Positions 10,351 to 22,557 of a stretch of 34,800 nucleotides of DNA are shown piece by piece. The notes under the pieces are model-generated. The model made no database searches and had not been told where the DNA came from. It worked only from the letters and a program-made list of their open reading frames with translations. The position numbers were made by a program, and so were the translations under genes. Origin of the DNA: Blastocystis sp. subtype 4 (Eukaryota); the NCBI RefSeq assembly GCF_000743755.1, contig NW_014569448.1, positions 1 to 34,800 of the forward strand, read 5' to 3'. Position 1 is the stretch's first letter. Every line of letters starts with the position of its first letter.

Positions 10351-11905
10351 ACTCTTATCCTTACATACTTTAAAAGGATCATCTATCACATTTGCAAGAA
10401 CATCCGTCATTCCAGCCATCACTAGATTAAAACCATTCCTTACTACCTTACATGTCAGATTCTTCCTCCTTTGTTCAATCTCTTTGTTTCGAATCTCAAT
10501 AAACTTCTTCTTTAGAATATCCATCTACTTCTCATGTATTTCTCTTCCTACTACCTTCTTCACTAAATCAGCTACAGCTGCGGACTGTACAACAAATGCA
10601 TTGTATTCTCGTGTCATAATATCCATCAACTTCTCCACTTCACTCATTTCTCTATCATCACACCCATCATCCAATCTCACTTAGTCATAGCAGCAGAGTC
10701 GCCAACAGTTATTCCCTCACCCTGATTCACAGCTAGCATGACTTCCACTATTTCTCATTCCTATCACTCATCCTTACTATTCTCAATCTTTGTAGTCAAC
10801 CGTGCAATCGTTTCTTCAAGCTGTTTCAACAGATCTTCGAAGAAAACAGAAGGAACACGACGCTGAGAACGATAAATTGTGGAACGCACTTCTTCATCAC
10901 CTTCTTCTCCTTTGTTCATCTGCTGTGCCTGACGTAACGAAGCTTCATAACGCAGATAGTTGTCTTGCAGACTTTGCAAACGTACGTTGAACACTTCTTG
11001 AGATGCTTTCAGCTTCTCACATTCCTATTCATTATTCCTTCATTCTATCAAAACATATTGCAAATCCTTTAATGTATCTAAACCTTCTTGTGTGGATGAT
11101 GGATCGAGAACTCCAATTTCATCAATCATTCGCTGCTGTTGATCGATCTGGGACCTAATTGTAATTCATTTCGTGAGTCCTAACATGATGCCAGCAACTT
11201 CCGCTTGCAGATTCGCATCTAAACTGCCTACAAGCTCTCCCATCTGCTTCAATAGTACTCTATCATTTAATGACTCTCATATGTATACTTGTTATCAGAG
11301 AGGTTTTGGACAGGTGTAGTTTGAGGAGCTGAGTTATTCGAACCAAATGTTGAATTCGTTCCTGAACCAAATCCAAAACTACCATTCGATATTCCTCCTC
11401 CTGAACCAAACCCACAACCATTGTTGGTTTTGTTATTGGATCCAAATCCAAATCCACTCGTTGTCGAGCTGTTCGTACTAGTCCCAAATCCACTTGTCGT
11501 TGAGTTATTTGTTCCATTTCCAAAATTAAACCCTGTTGTTTTGTTATTGGATCCAAATCCAAATCCACTTGACGATGAGTTGTTAGTACCACTTCCAAAC
11601 CCACTCGTTGTTGAATTTGTTCCACTCCCAAACCCACTCGTTGTTGACGTATTTGTTCCAGTACTAAAACCTCCTGTTCCGCTATTATTTCCAAAAGAGA
11701 ATCCACCTGAGTTTGTAGTTGAGTTGTTGGCTCCTGTACCAAAACCTCCAGCTGCTCCCGTTGACGTATTTCCTTGAGCTCCAAATCCACTTATCGTGGT
11801 AGACTTTCCCAAGGAGAATCCGGCCGAATTGGTAGCAGTTGATCCAGCAGTGCTAGAAGAGCCAAAAGTATTCGTTCCTGTGGTTCCACTATTTCCAAAA
11901 TTCAT
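10339..11905 (-). CDS. FG-repeat nucleoporin with C-terminal coiled coils (Nup58/Nup49/Nup54-like)
   Basis: About 200 aa of S/T/N/G-rich FG repeats (GGFSFG, SGFGFGSNN), followed by coiled-coil exons at 10764-10994 and 10339-10524. Confidence 0.8.
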
Positions 11906-12085
11906 ATTTCAGTCACTGGAAACCTCAGAAAACTTGTACTTACTGAGATATTCTCACTCATTTTATTCGTCATGGAATTTGGAATCCAAAAATCCTCTAT
12001 CCACGAATCACGGTAATCTGCCAATCCTAACGGATATTCGAGGACTCGGTTTCTGTCAATTCTTGGTTCTCTGGAATTGTATAAT

Positions 12086-13211
12086 ATGACAGAAGATAAT
12101 CAGACACTCTCTGTGGACAGTTTCAATCCGTTCATATTCCAACAACTGAACAAATCATTTGAAAGGTAGGGAGGTGAAGTAGATGGTTCTAATCTTTTTA
12201 GCGATGGATATAGAATGGATATGACAACGAATCAGAGCGAAGGTAGTTGCTTTACAGTATCTCATGAGTCTAAGGAATGAGAATCGAATTCCAAAAGCAA
12301 AAAGAAAGTGATGCTGTTGATATGATGATTCGTGTATCCTGCTGGAAAGATATAGAAGAGTAGTAATCTTGTGAAGAAGAATATTGGCATAGTTGTGGAG
12401 TGGAGGAGTATATTCGGAGTAAACTGGGAAATGTGGTTGTTCCAACGGAAGCTAAGAATACACATGTCACTCTTCACATTACCAAAGCAGATTATGAAAA
12501 GGGTGGAAGTACGTAACTAGATGGATTTCACATTGTGTAGTTGAGTATTTGAAGCAAGTTGCCTGTATTCATCAGTATGTCCTTGCTGCTCCATTCCATA
12601 AGTATCTTTCCGCCCTGGGTTCAGGTACACAAGCATCTCTGAAACCAAAGATTGTATCATTCTATCCAACAGAACCAATGTTCGTTAAATCCACAGAATT
12701 GAACTGTAGTTATATTGTACCAAGTGCATCGACCATTTCTGTGGTTTTCTCGATTTGTGAGAACGATGACACTGATCGTGCGTTAATGCAGGTGTTCCTT
12801 CTCGAGTTCTCAGAAGCCAAGCGAACTGTCCCAGGTTGTCCTTCAGTTTCGTTCTCGCGTGATGATCCTGCAGAAATCCGTGATATTCGTATTGGTGATA
12901 AACCTTCAGCTGGTTACCTTGTATTCTGTAGGAGATTGTGATATGAATCATAATTAGCCTTCAGTGAGGGGCATGTAGCTAATGGAAGACTGGATTCGGT
13001 ATGTGAAATGATGTGTGATTTCCGTTATTTCCTTGATTATCACATTAAGTCAAGCAAGTCATATCTTCATGGGCGTATGCGAAACAGAGCAGATCAGTGG
13101 AAGAACTGTAAGACTCTTTGGTAGAGATCAGGTTTAGTAATGCAAGAGGCGAAGTTCGAGAGTGAAGGTGTACAAAAGACGAAAGCAAGTGGGAAGACAT
13201 TTGTGAAATGA
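12086..13211 (+). CDS. ARPC2: Arp2/3 complex 34 kDa subunit
   Basis: VVFSICENDDTDRALMQVFLLEFSEAKR...PSVSFS, RYFLDYHIKSSKSYLHGRMR and C-terminal KTKASGKTFVK*. TGTTTGTT at 13217-13224. Confidence 0.92.
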
Positions 13212-13319
13212 TGTTGTGTTTGTTGATTGACACAAATTGGCTCGAATTTGGCTCGAATTCGTTTCACATTCTGAACCTAGTAGTGTTTGTAGGTTATCTA
13301 TGAGTAGTACCTATCATCT

Positions 13320-15674
13320 ATGAACGAATCCGATAAGATACAGGTACGATTGGTGCTATTACTTATTGTTAGAGTCATAAGAGATTGCTCTCCGATGAAG
13401 ATATTTGCTCTGTAGCTGTTGTTGATGCTTACCATGTAGTGTCCCATCGAAGAAGTAAAGGAAACGAACCTGAAAACAGTCAAAGCAGAGTTATTTGTTG
13501 GGATTAGTATTAAAATGTCATTGTAGTCACGAGCTACTCTTGGAATCCAGAAAGGTTCTCCTCTTTGCTGGAATGAAGACAATTTCGAGTTTTTTTCGTT
13601 TCTTTGTTTGACATATAGACTCTGTTTTGTGAATAGTGATAATGTTTTGTGTTCTGTTAGCTGGAACTACGAACGGTATGAAGTACATCAGTATTTTCAT
13701 GTGGGAAGTCAAGTTTCATCGCTATTAATCCATCCGAGTCGATGCGAATGTGTTTGTGGGGGATGTGAAGGAATTCGAATTTGGAGTCTCAAAACAAAAG
13801 AACATATCAGACAATTGTCGGAAAGTCGTACTGTATTCATTAATAGAAGCGATATCTCTGTGACTGTCATGTGTTGGTTATTCAACGGTGCTGCTCTCGC
13901 TGTTGGAACAAACGATGGAACCATTTACTTTTACGATCCTTCTGAATCGTATGAACTCCTCTTCTCGATTATTTCTAGCTATCGGTTACTAAACTCAATA
14001 TCAGCCCATAAATCATCTGTCATCTGTCTATTCTATTGCTCAGTCATCGATTGTTCCAAGTCTGATAAATAGGCCAAATCTTTACTTTTCTCCTCAGGCC
14101 GTGATGCTGCTATTCATGCCTGGGATGTAACAACAATTCATCCACTAATGAAATCATTGCACAAGAATTGTGCGTGTATTGTATCCTTTAGTGGACATCA
14201 GGGAGATGTCACTTCTCTCACAACTACCTCAAATGGTGACTTTCTGTTTTCTGGAGGACGAGATCACTCTATCCGGATGTGGAATATCGAATCAGGTCGT
14301 TTTATCCGTCTCATCAAGACTGATCATTCTTCATCGGGTCACCATCATGGAACAATCACTGCTCTGTATAGTCTTCAGAATGATAAACTCTTACTCTCAG
14401 CTTCATTGGATGGATATATGAAGGTATTTCGGATAAGAGCGGTTATGGAGAAAGAGACCACTGTTCTTTCCATTGAGAATCTTCTTGCTGGTCTAACAGA
14501 GAATGACTTTGAGTGGGATAGTTCTGATGAAGGAGGAGATGAACTGTTACAGAGTCAATCTCTCTTAGACTCTGAAGGAATCCTTAATCTAATTTTAAGT
14601 CCTGATGGAACTAAAATTGGAGTGAGTTCAACAGAGGCTAATCTCCGAGTTTACGAAGTCATCCAGAATTCATTTGAGATTCACTCTCTGGTTTGTCAGA
14701 TCCGGAGTCATACAGCTGCTGTCTCATGTCTTACAAGTAATTCTCGTAGTGACATTGTGAGTGCTTCTCATGATCATCACATTCTGATTACTGATTCAGT
14801 GACTCATTGTTTGGTATGTGATTATAATGTGTCATTTGCTGTGAATGCTGTGATTGTCTTGCATGATGTGATGTTGATTGCTGGATGTGATTATGCCATT
14901 CATCTTATGAGCACTGGAAACTCATCGTGTGTATGTATGAGGCCAATGTGTTATAGATAGAGAATCCGTTGTGTTGGTCATTCCGGAAGGATCACATCCA
15001 TGGCATTGCTTCGAAGTGTTAGTATATTAGTTACAGGAAGTGAGGATGTAAGTATGAAACTAGAGACTCAGAGATAGAGTTCGGTTATGTGTCACAAACT
15101 TCCTGACAATCTAAATGAAACGTCTGTATCCTTGGTACCATGTTGTGTGGTACGGGATCAAGGAGGCAGAGTCACGACTGTGGATGCCTCCAGCAATATA
15201 AATGGTCATATAATGATTGCTGCAGGTGGTTCTGATTATGCTCTCTTTCTCTATGAATGGAAGTCCAAACAGTTAGCTCTGTATAGTCATATCAGAGAAG
15301 CTCATTCAGGTGTTATCTCTGTTGTGTTGTTTGGAATAGGCATGGTTGTAGGTGTATTGTATTCAGCTTCCTATGATGGGATGATAAAACTATGGAGTGT
15401 GAAGAATCATGACTGTGTTGCTGAACTCACTTATCATACTGCTAAAGTCACAGCTCTCACTCAATCTCCTGATGGTCGGTATCTGATTTCTGCTTCAGCT
15501 GATGGAAGTGTATTGGTATATGATGCTAGTGAATCTTATTCAGTGATCTCCCGATTCTATTGTAATGATGAACCAGTCTCACTCACCATTCTCAATGGAT
15601 ATATTGTCTGTGGTTATTCATCCGGAACTGTACGATTATGGTTATTACCTAGTATATCAATGCAAAAGTTTTGA
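13320..15674 (+). CDS. WD40-repeat protein (many blades)
   Basis: Repeated GH...W motifs (GHQGDVTSL...FSGGRDHSIRMWN, AHSGVISVV...SASYDGMIKLWS). TGA-AG-TGTTTGTT at 15672-15684. Confidence 0.85.
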
Positions 15675-15722
15675 AGTGTTTGTTTCCTATGAAATCATCT
15701 TATTGAATTTACAACAAACATA

Positions 15723-17067
15723 TTAAAGTGGTATTCTCATCAAATCTTCAGCTATGCAAACATTATTACTTCCATAATTAGATATAGCCAATTGACGCAT
15801 CTCCTGGATTTCAGGAGGCTCATAACGGGCTGAACATGCTGGATATCGAGACGACAGATGAGTTAGGATCAGTTTCTTGGCTCCAATTCCTCGAGCATAC
15901 CGTGCTGCCATTGAAGTGGTTGAATGACCTGTTCGCTTGGCCATCTCCTCCATCTCCTCCATTGTTCGTCCTTCTACTCATTACTCTCTTCATCCAACCA
16001 CACTCATCTCTTTCTGAAGAGGAATCAATGTTGACTCATGTACCAACACATCACAACCAGCCATCAAGGGAGTTACATTACAAGCATTATCTGTGTCACC
16101 CAGAATTCCAATTCGTTTCCTAGTTAACTGACTCACTTTACTCAATGCAGGATCTGAAGGATCCAACACTGCACCATTTGGCAGCGTGATCTTTTGACGA
16201 TGATGTAACCGTTTCAAGACATCTGTTTCAGTGATACCATATGCTTGTAAATCTGTTTGAAGAGGGAGTAGTCTTTTCTTGACTTCTTCATCATCAATCA
16301 TAACTAATCATAACAAACTAATTCAAACATTACAAGAAGGAAGAGGTGATTCATACAAGTATCCAAAACATTGAATTGTATGGTGAATTGAACCTGCTTG
16401 AATGTTACCTAAAGGACCCTATTTCATGAATTTGATTAGAAAATCGAACAGAGACTAAGGACCAAAATCCATCCTTCTTAGGGAATACTGGATTGACTTG
16501 AATCCTCTTATCGGAATACTGGAGTTTATCTGTTAATTCTTCCAGACGTGGATCATTCTCATTATCGTAGAGCTCGTGAACAACACAAGGATGATTCAGT
16601 TTCGAATCCGTTAGCATAAAAACCGTTTTCAGAAACTTGGCCAAACCTGGAGGACCATAAATATCGATGGGAACAGACGAATTGGCTTGAGTACGACTGA
16701 CTCCAGCATCTGATAAAAATGAAGGAAGACCGAGAATATGGTCTCCATGCAGGTGGGTTATAAATATCTTGGAAACACGGGAAGGACGTAAAATCAGCTC
16801 CTTCTGCTTTTCGTCCACCGAATACCCTTTCATTTGACGTTGCAACGAGTAAATTTGGTGTGTAGTCACTACATCTGAGAGAGTTGTTCAACTCTTACGG
16901 TCACCACAGTCAAATAGCCATTCTCCAATTTGGTATCCATTTCGAATCAGCAGTACCATCGATTGAGCTATATTATTAATCCAATCACATCGAATACCTG
17001 ATCTTGCCAAAGTGGATTTTTGGGACCCGGTTCCAAGGAACTGAAGAGATAAAGATTGTCGCAACAT
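15723..17067 (-). CDS. ribonuclease Z, short form (ELAC1-like metallo-beta-lactamase)
   Basis: FLGTGSQKSTLAR, KIFITHLHGDHILGL, YGPPGL, ILGDT, HEST, GHST and LILTHLSSRY. TAA-TA-TGTTTGTT at the 3' end (motif 15713-15720). Confidence 0.92.
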
Positions 17068-17111
17068 TCCATCTATACCTATCCACTCTCTTCAAACAAT
17101 CTTTAGAGTTG

Positions 17112-20100
17112 ATGATATGTCTACTGTTTTATGTAGTACTAAGTAAATTATCTGGTATTATGATGATTGTTAAGTTTATGAAGCGCTTGCTCTAACTTGT
17201 GCAAATACGGAGGAGTTACTCCATATTCACAGGAACACGGGCTTAGAGTCTCATAAGGAGAGATACCAAATTCTTTATAACAATGTTACTATTCTTGTCT
17301 CACCACTTATGTCAGACAGGTCTTTCTTTTCTCATAGCTATTGTATTGATCACTCACGCGGTTCTTTGTATGTTCTAGAAATGCTATCAGCGTAAGTCTC
17401 AATATGGATTCTCATGTAGTGATGAAACGAGGTGGTATCCAGGATCATGGATCCAGCTCTCTGGAAAGTATGGTAATATCCTTTATAAAGGGTATTTGGA
17501 GAATGATGGACACGCTTCAATTCAGTTTTCTTGTATTTTTGATTCGTTGTTATAATTGTAGTGTTTTACCCAATCGAGGATTCTCAGGTGTGGTATTATT
17601 CTTTGGGTGATGTACCTGCCGATTGGATGTCTCCTTCTTTTTCTCATCCAGGGTGGAAAGAATCCCTTGGATGTCTTTCTGTTCCAGATCAACCTTCCAT
17701 ATCGTATTTTGTAACCTATTTCAAGGGAGAACTGGACTTAGTTTCGTATGAACTATCTCTTCAATATGATCATCCTGTTTATGTCTATTTGAATGGAAAT
17801 CTTATCTTCTCGGATGTACCGACATCTCCAATCAATTACACTCTCATTCGTTCTGGATTAGAAATTCAACCTGAAATAAATTCTTTAGCAGTTAAATTAT
17901 ATTCATCGATGTCGGTTTGCTTGCATCTTATTGGTTATGTTAGTCCTGATTCTTACAATTGTATTGAAATGGTTGCCGGCTCTGTTACTTCTTCAACAGC
18001 AAATACTACAGCAATTTCTGACTACAATTATTTGACTACTCTTGTTTCGAATAATCCTCTTCAACTTGATTTCTTCTTTCATAATACGTCCGATTTCTGT
18101 CATTCCATTTATTCTTAGATCTGTAGTTATTTCAGGCATCCGTTTAATTCTTTCTGAATCGATTAGTTTAGGTCCTGCTTCATTTCAAGTGGAAGTTATT
18201 CAGTCTACTATCTCTCATCGGATCGCTTCATATGATTTTCTGAAGTATACTTCTTCCACTCCTCCTCCATTTGTATTTGCTCGGAATTCGATTGCTTCAG
18301 ATCATTACCAATTGCATTTCCAAAATTTTAATCCTGCTATGATGGCTATTGCTGAGATTCGATTATTGGTCTGTGTGATGAATGTGCCATCTGAAATCGT
18401 GTTTACTCCCAATGAAGTTGAAGTGATTACTGATGTTGATTCTCTTCGAATATCTCCTACTGGTGATGTCATGAATTGTACGATCATTCCACCTCTTCCT
18501 GCTTCATTATCGTTAAACTACGAGACCTGTACAGTTCGAGGGATTGTTCATGAGATCATGAATCAAACCTTCACCGTAACTGCTCATATGCAAGCTACTA
18601 TCGAAGGTTCTTTCACTATTCGGTCTTATGCTTGTAATCAGAGCTTATTTCGAATGTATCGAAGGTGGGGTGAATCTCCATTTGGTGAGACTGCTCGTAT
18701 TGTGTCGATAGAAACCAAGGAAGTAATCTATTCAGAAGAAGCCAATTCATTCCAACAACCCAATCAGTTGGTTATCACTTCATTCTGTTTTCCTCCTTCT
18801 TCTTATTCTGTTTGGGTTTCTCATATATCCAGGTCTTTTTGGGATGTAAACTCCACTCTCTCTATTCGTCAGATTCTTCCTTCTGGGGCAGAATTGCTTC
18901 TCTTTCACATTCATTTCGATGCAGTGTTATTATCAGTCGGAGAGAACGAATTTCATACACTCAAAATCCTTCACGAACTGACCGAATGGCATTATCATTT
19001 TGGGAGTGTTCCAGATAATTGGATGACATCATCATTTGATCATTCTGATTGGGCTGTCTCTACACCATATCACTTTCCTCATAGTCCCAATCAAATCCAG
19101 TTGTACCGAATCTCATTTCCTCTGAAAACTCGAGATTTAACATTCACATATTCCTTCACACTTTGGTTACGATTTCATTACGGATGTATAGTCTATTTGA
19201 ATGATTACCTTCTCTATCAACGTCATATCTCTAGTGCTCCTATAGCTAATCACACATTGGCTACAGATTTCTATGATATTGTGCAGTATCGACGACTTAC
19301 CTTCTCCATTCGACAAGACATCGAAAAGTCTTCTTCGATTCTAACCAGTTCGAATGTTCTTGCTGTTGGGTTAGTTGCTCTCCATGCTGAAGAAGGTGAA
19401 GCAGATTTTTCATGTATTCTCTCTATTGACTACTCTGGCTTAAGTCCAGCTTTTGTAGACTATACCACTCAAAGTACCAATATGATCAATCCTGATGCTT
19501 TGTTTGATGGTCTCTCAACGACTGTTGCAGAGAGTACTTCACCTACTGCTTCTGTAACAGTGATATTGAATGATGATACTCGTATATGGATTGGGAGTAT
19601 TGAACTACTGTCAAGAGAAGCTGAGTTCAGTGTATCTGGTTTACGAATCCTTGCTAAGAATCCTGAAGATACGGATTGGACTATTCTGCACGAATCATCA
19701 GATTGGCGTTGGAGGAATGGGATAAGCACTAAAGTCATTCCATTAAACTCAACTCGTTCATTCAACCAGTTTCGTTTTGAACGGTTTTTTTGTCAGCCAA
19801 ATGTTACAAGGTGGAATCTCTGTGAAATGATTCTGATTTCTCGATTTGCTGATACTTATTCGTTTGAGTATTCTGATAATACTTTGTATTTGGGTGGTGG
19901 AGTTGGCGAAATTATGCCTGCCACAAATAGTGTCTATTCTTGTAGTATTGATCATCCTCTTCCGGAAGGTCTGGTGTTTGATTCATTGACTTGCTCAGTG
20001 ATTGGGACCCCAACAGAAGAATCTCCTTTGATGGAATACAAAGTTCAAGGAATAAGCGTTTGGAAAGGAGATATTAGTACTACTCTCCAATTGGCTACAA

Positions 20101-21966
20101 ATCTTTGTTCATCCGATCATGTACTAGTTTCTGTTGATGCTTTGGTTCTCCAATATGATGCCACATATGGTTTATCTCTTTCTCTAGTGGAGGAGGATGG
20201 ATCACTAAGGGTTCTCTTTTGTGTTGACTTGTTTTATTTTCATTCAGCTCATTATTCACATTCATTCTGTCTACCTTATGGCCACTATGAGATTTCTGTT
20301 GATCTTCATTATCCTCAAGGATGGGAGTTTCCTCAAGGATTGAGTGTTTTGATGCATGGTGGTGTTTTGACCGAGTTTACAACATTGGTTCCTGCATATG
20401 AATTCATGGATGTACCCCATCAGTTTGTTCTGTCTCCTCTGTTTCAAGATTCCATGGTGTGGGAATACTGGGATGGTGAAGGAGAACCACCAAAGGAGTG
20501 GCAGACAGAAACTTTACTCTGGCCTCAAGCATTATTACATGAAATTCAAGGTCTGTCACTGTTCTTACGAGCATGGGTCACTTTAGAGGAGTTGGATACA
20601 ATGGATGCTGTGACTTTTTCAGCTCTCCTCAATGGCTCTCTCCAGATGTGGTTGAATGGACATCTCGTGGCAAACCTTACGGAGTTCGATTCTTCTCATC
20701 GGATCATTTTTTCTTTCGCATTGGAAGAGAATGGAGCGATTCAAGGATTGAATCGATTTGCTATTGAAGTTCATCAATTAAACGAATCATTCGATTTGAT
20801 TGGTCAGCTCAGTTATGGAACAGAGCTAATTCTTCATAACAGTATTCAGGTTTCTGCCTCATCAGAGATCCTGAACCCTCAATCAATCGTTGATACTACT
20901 CTCGGGTTGTATGTAACACTCTCCTTTCCCTCACAAGTTGAATTCCAGTTTGACATAGCAAATCAGTTATCTCGCTTTAATGGATATCTTCTTCGTGTAG
21001 GTGAATCTATAACCAGTGCATCCTGGTCACTCTATGCTCGATCAGCTGACGAGCAGCCCTGGAATCTAATGCAAGTTATTGAGAATCATGAACTGATTGA
21101 TCGTGCTGATAACATAATTGAATTGGATCAAGGTATGATCGGATATTCTCATTGGAAACTTGTCATTCACTCCTTCTCATCTCTTCATTTGCGGGTGAAT
21201 GCCTTCCGATTGGTTCATCTTCATTTCAACCATTCGCTATGTCCTTCGCGATCTTTGTTCCCTGCGGTACGTGAAGGTCATCTCTCACCAGCTCCTTGTC
21301 CTCAGTACTACACAGGATATGCTTATCGACCTTGTGTAGCTGGGATCCTAAGGGAGTTACATCTGGAAAACTGTTTTGCAATTCCTCCTTCCAATCTAAC
21401 ATATCCTTCTAATATCACTTTCTATCAGTATGTAATGTCTTCTGTAACTGTGTTGTCAGTTATTGGAGAGATTTCCTTCTATCAGTTGATGCAAGAAGAA
21501 TTACCTGATGGCTTGATCTTCGATACCATTACAGGGTCTATTGAAGGAATACCTCAAGTTCTTGTTTCGAATCTTGAATTGACGATTTCTGCGTTAAATC
21601 GTGGGGGAAGAACATCAACCAATGTTTATTTGTCAATTCTACGGAAGCAATGCAAGTCTGAAGGTCCATTGCCTGCTGGTGATCTAAAGGATTATTTCTC
21701 ACTTGATTGTGCTGTGATTGGAAAAGGAGTTGGAACCCAAAGCTGGATATGTGATCTTGAAGGAGATCAGGCAATATGGAAGTTATCATCTGGTATTTGC
21801 TTTTCGTCGTCTTTATTTTATATTTTCCTCGTTGTGTGTTCAGTTGCTTGTCTCTTGCTGGTTCGGTTGTCTATTCAATCATTTCGTACTTATTTCAAGT
21901 CTCCATTGAAAAGAGTAACAAAACAAGATATGTTTTCAAGGAAGAAATGGTATCGTTTGACATCCT
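17112..21966 (+). CDS. large type I surface protein with putative Ig (He_PIG-like) and jelly-roll/carbohydrate-binding-like domains
   Basis: Signal peptide MICLLFYVVLIYEALA-LTC after removing a 32-nt intron. Ig-like motifs PLPASLSLN...G, PLPEGLVFD...GTP and LPDGLIFD...GIP, Cys-rich segments, C-terminal TM LFYIFLVVCSVACLLLV and a basic tail. Stop predicted as T21966+poly(A); genomic TGA at 21978-21980. Confidence 0.75.
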
Positions 21967-21979
21967 TCATTGTTTGTTG

Positions 21980-22536
21980 ATGACAATTCGGATCTTTCAG
22001 TGTAGTCAGTGCAAACGTATCGTAGCTGATGAGAACTGTATTTTGGACGTTGATGTAGGTGATATGTACATTGTATTGAGCTGTATCAATTTGTCTCTAA
22101 AAGTGATGAATTCTAGCTATATCTGGATGTGAAATCTCTCCTAACATTCAACTCTCAACAGAAGGTTTTGATTGTGGATGTAGTTATAAAGACATTCGAT
22201 GCTCTGTAAATACAAATTTGTGTTTGAATATTTAGTGCAAAAATGCAATAGGAAGACAAATCATTGCCGTTCCAGAAGGAAAGATCCGACTAAGGCATTA
22301 TGTAATATACAAATCTCAAATAATTGAATACACAGTTCAGAAAGAAGAAGAAGAACTCCATCTGAAGGATCCTTCTAAACGTAATATTTTTCGCCAGTAG
22401 TGAATTGTAGCAGATCAAATGTATTACTACGTTGGTGAAGATGCAAAAAGAGCGGCCACTTTCTTGACTGAATTGCATGAAGTGGAACGCATGATATTGG
22501 ACCTTGAAAATCGAATGAATAAACTAACTGCATCAT
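21980..22536 (+). CDS. Mis18 / Yippee-like zinc-binding protein
   Basis: MTIRIFQCSQCKRIVAD...GFDCGCSYKDIRCS|CKNAIGR...IIEYTV plus a C-terminal helix FLTELHEVERMILDLENRMNKL. Three short introns. Stop predicted as T22536+poly(A). Confidence 0.7.
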
Positions 22537-22540
22537 TGAT

Positions 22541-22555
22541 TGTTTGTTACAAACA
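22541..22555. terminator. bidirectional poly(A) element TGTTTGTTACAAACA
   Basis: TGTTTGTT on + (Mis18) overlaps TGTTTGTA on - (katanin p80, TGA-TC-TGTTTGTA). Confidence 0.7.
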
Positions 22556-22557
22556 GA

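Noticed and set aside
13237..13260. Short direct repeat TTGGCTCGAAT x2 upstream of the WD40 gene
   Set aside because: Too short and not seen elsewhere in the window, so no function can be supported.
17476..17484. ATATCCTTT as a second U12 donor
   Set aside because: It reads through in frame as GKYGNILYKG, and no intron is needed.
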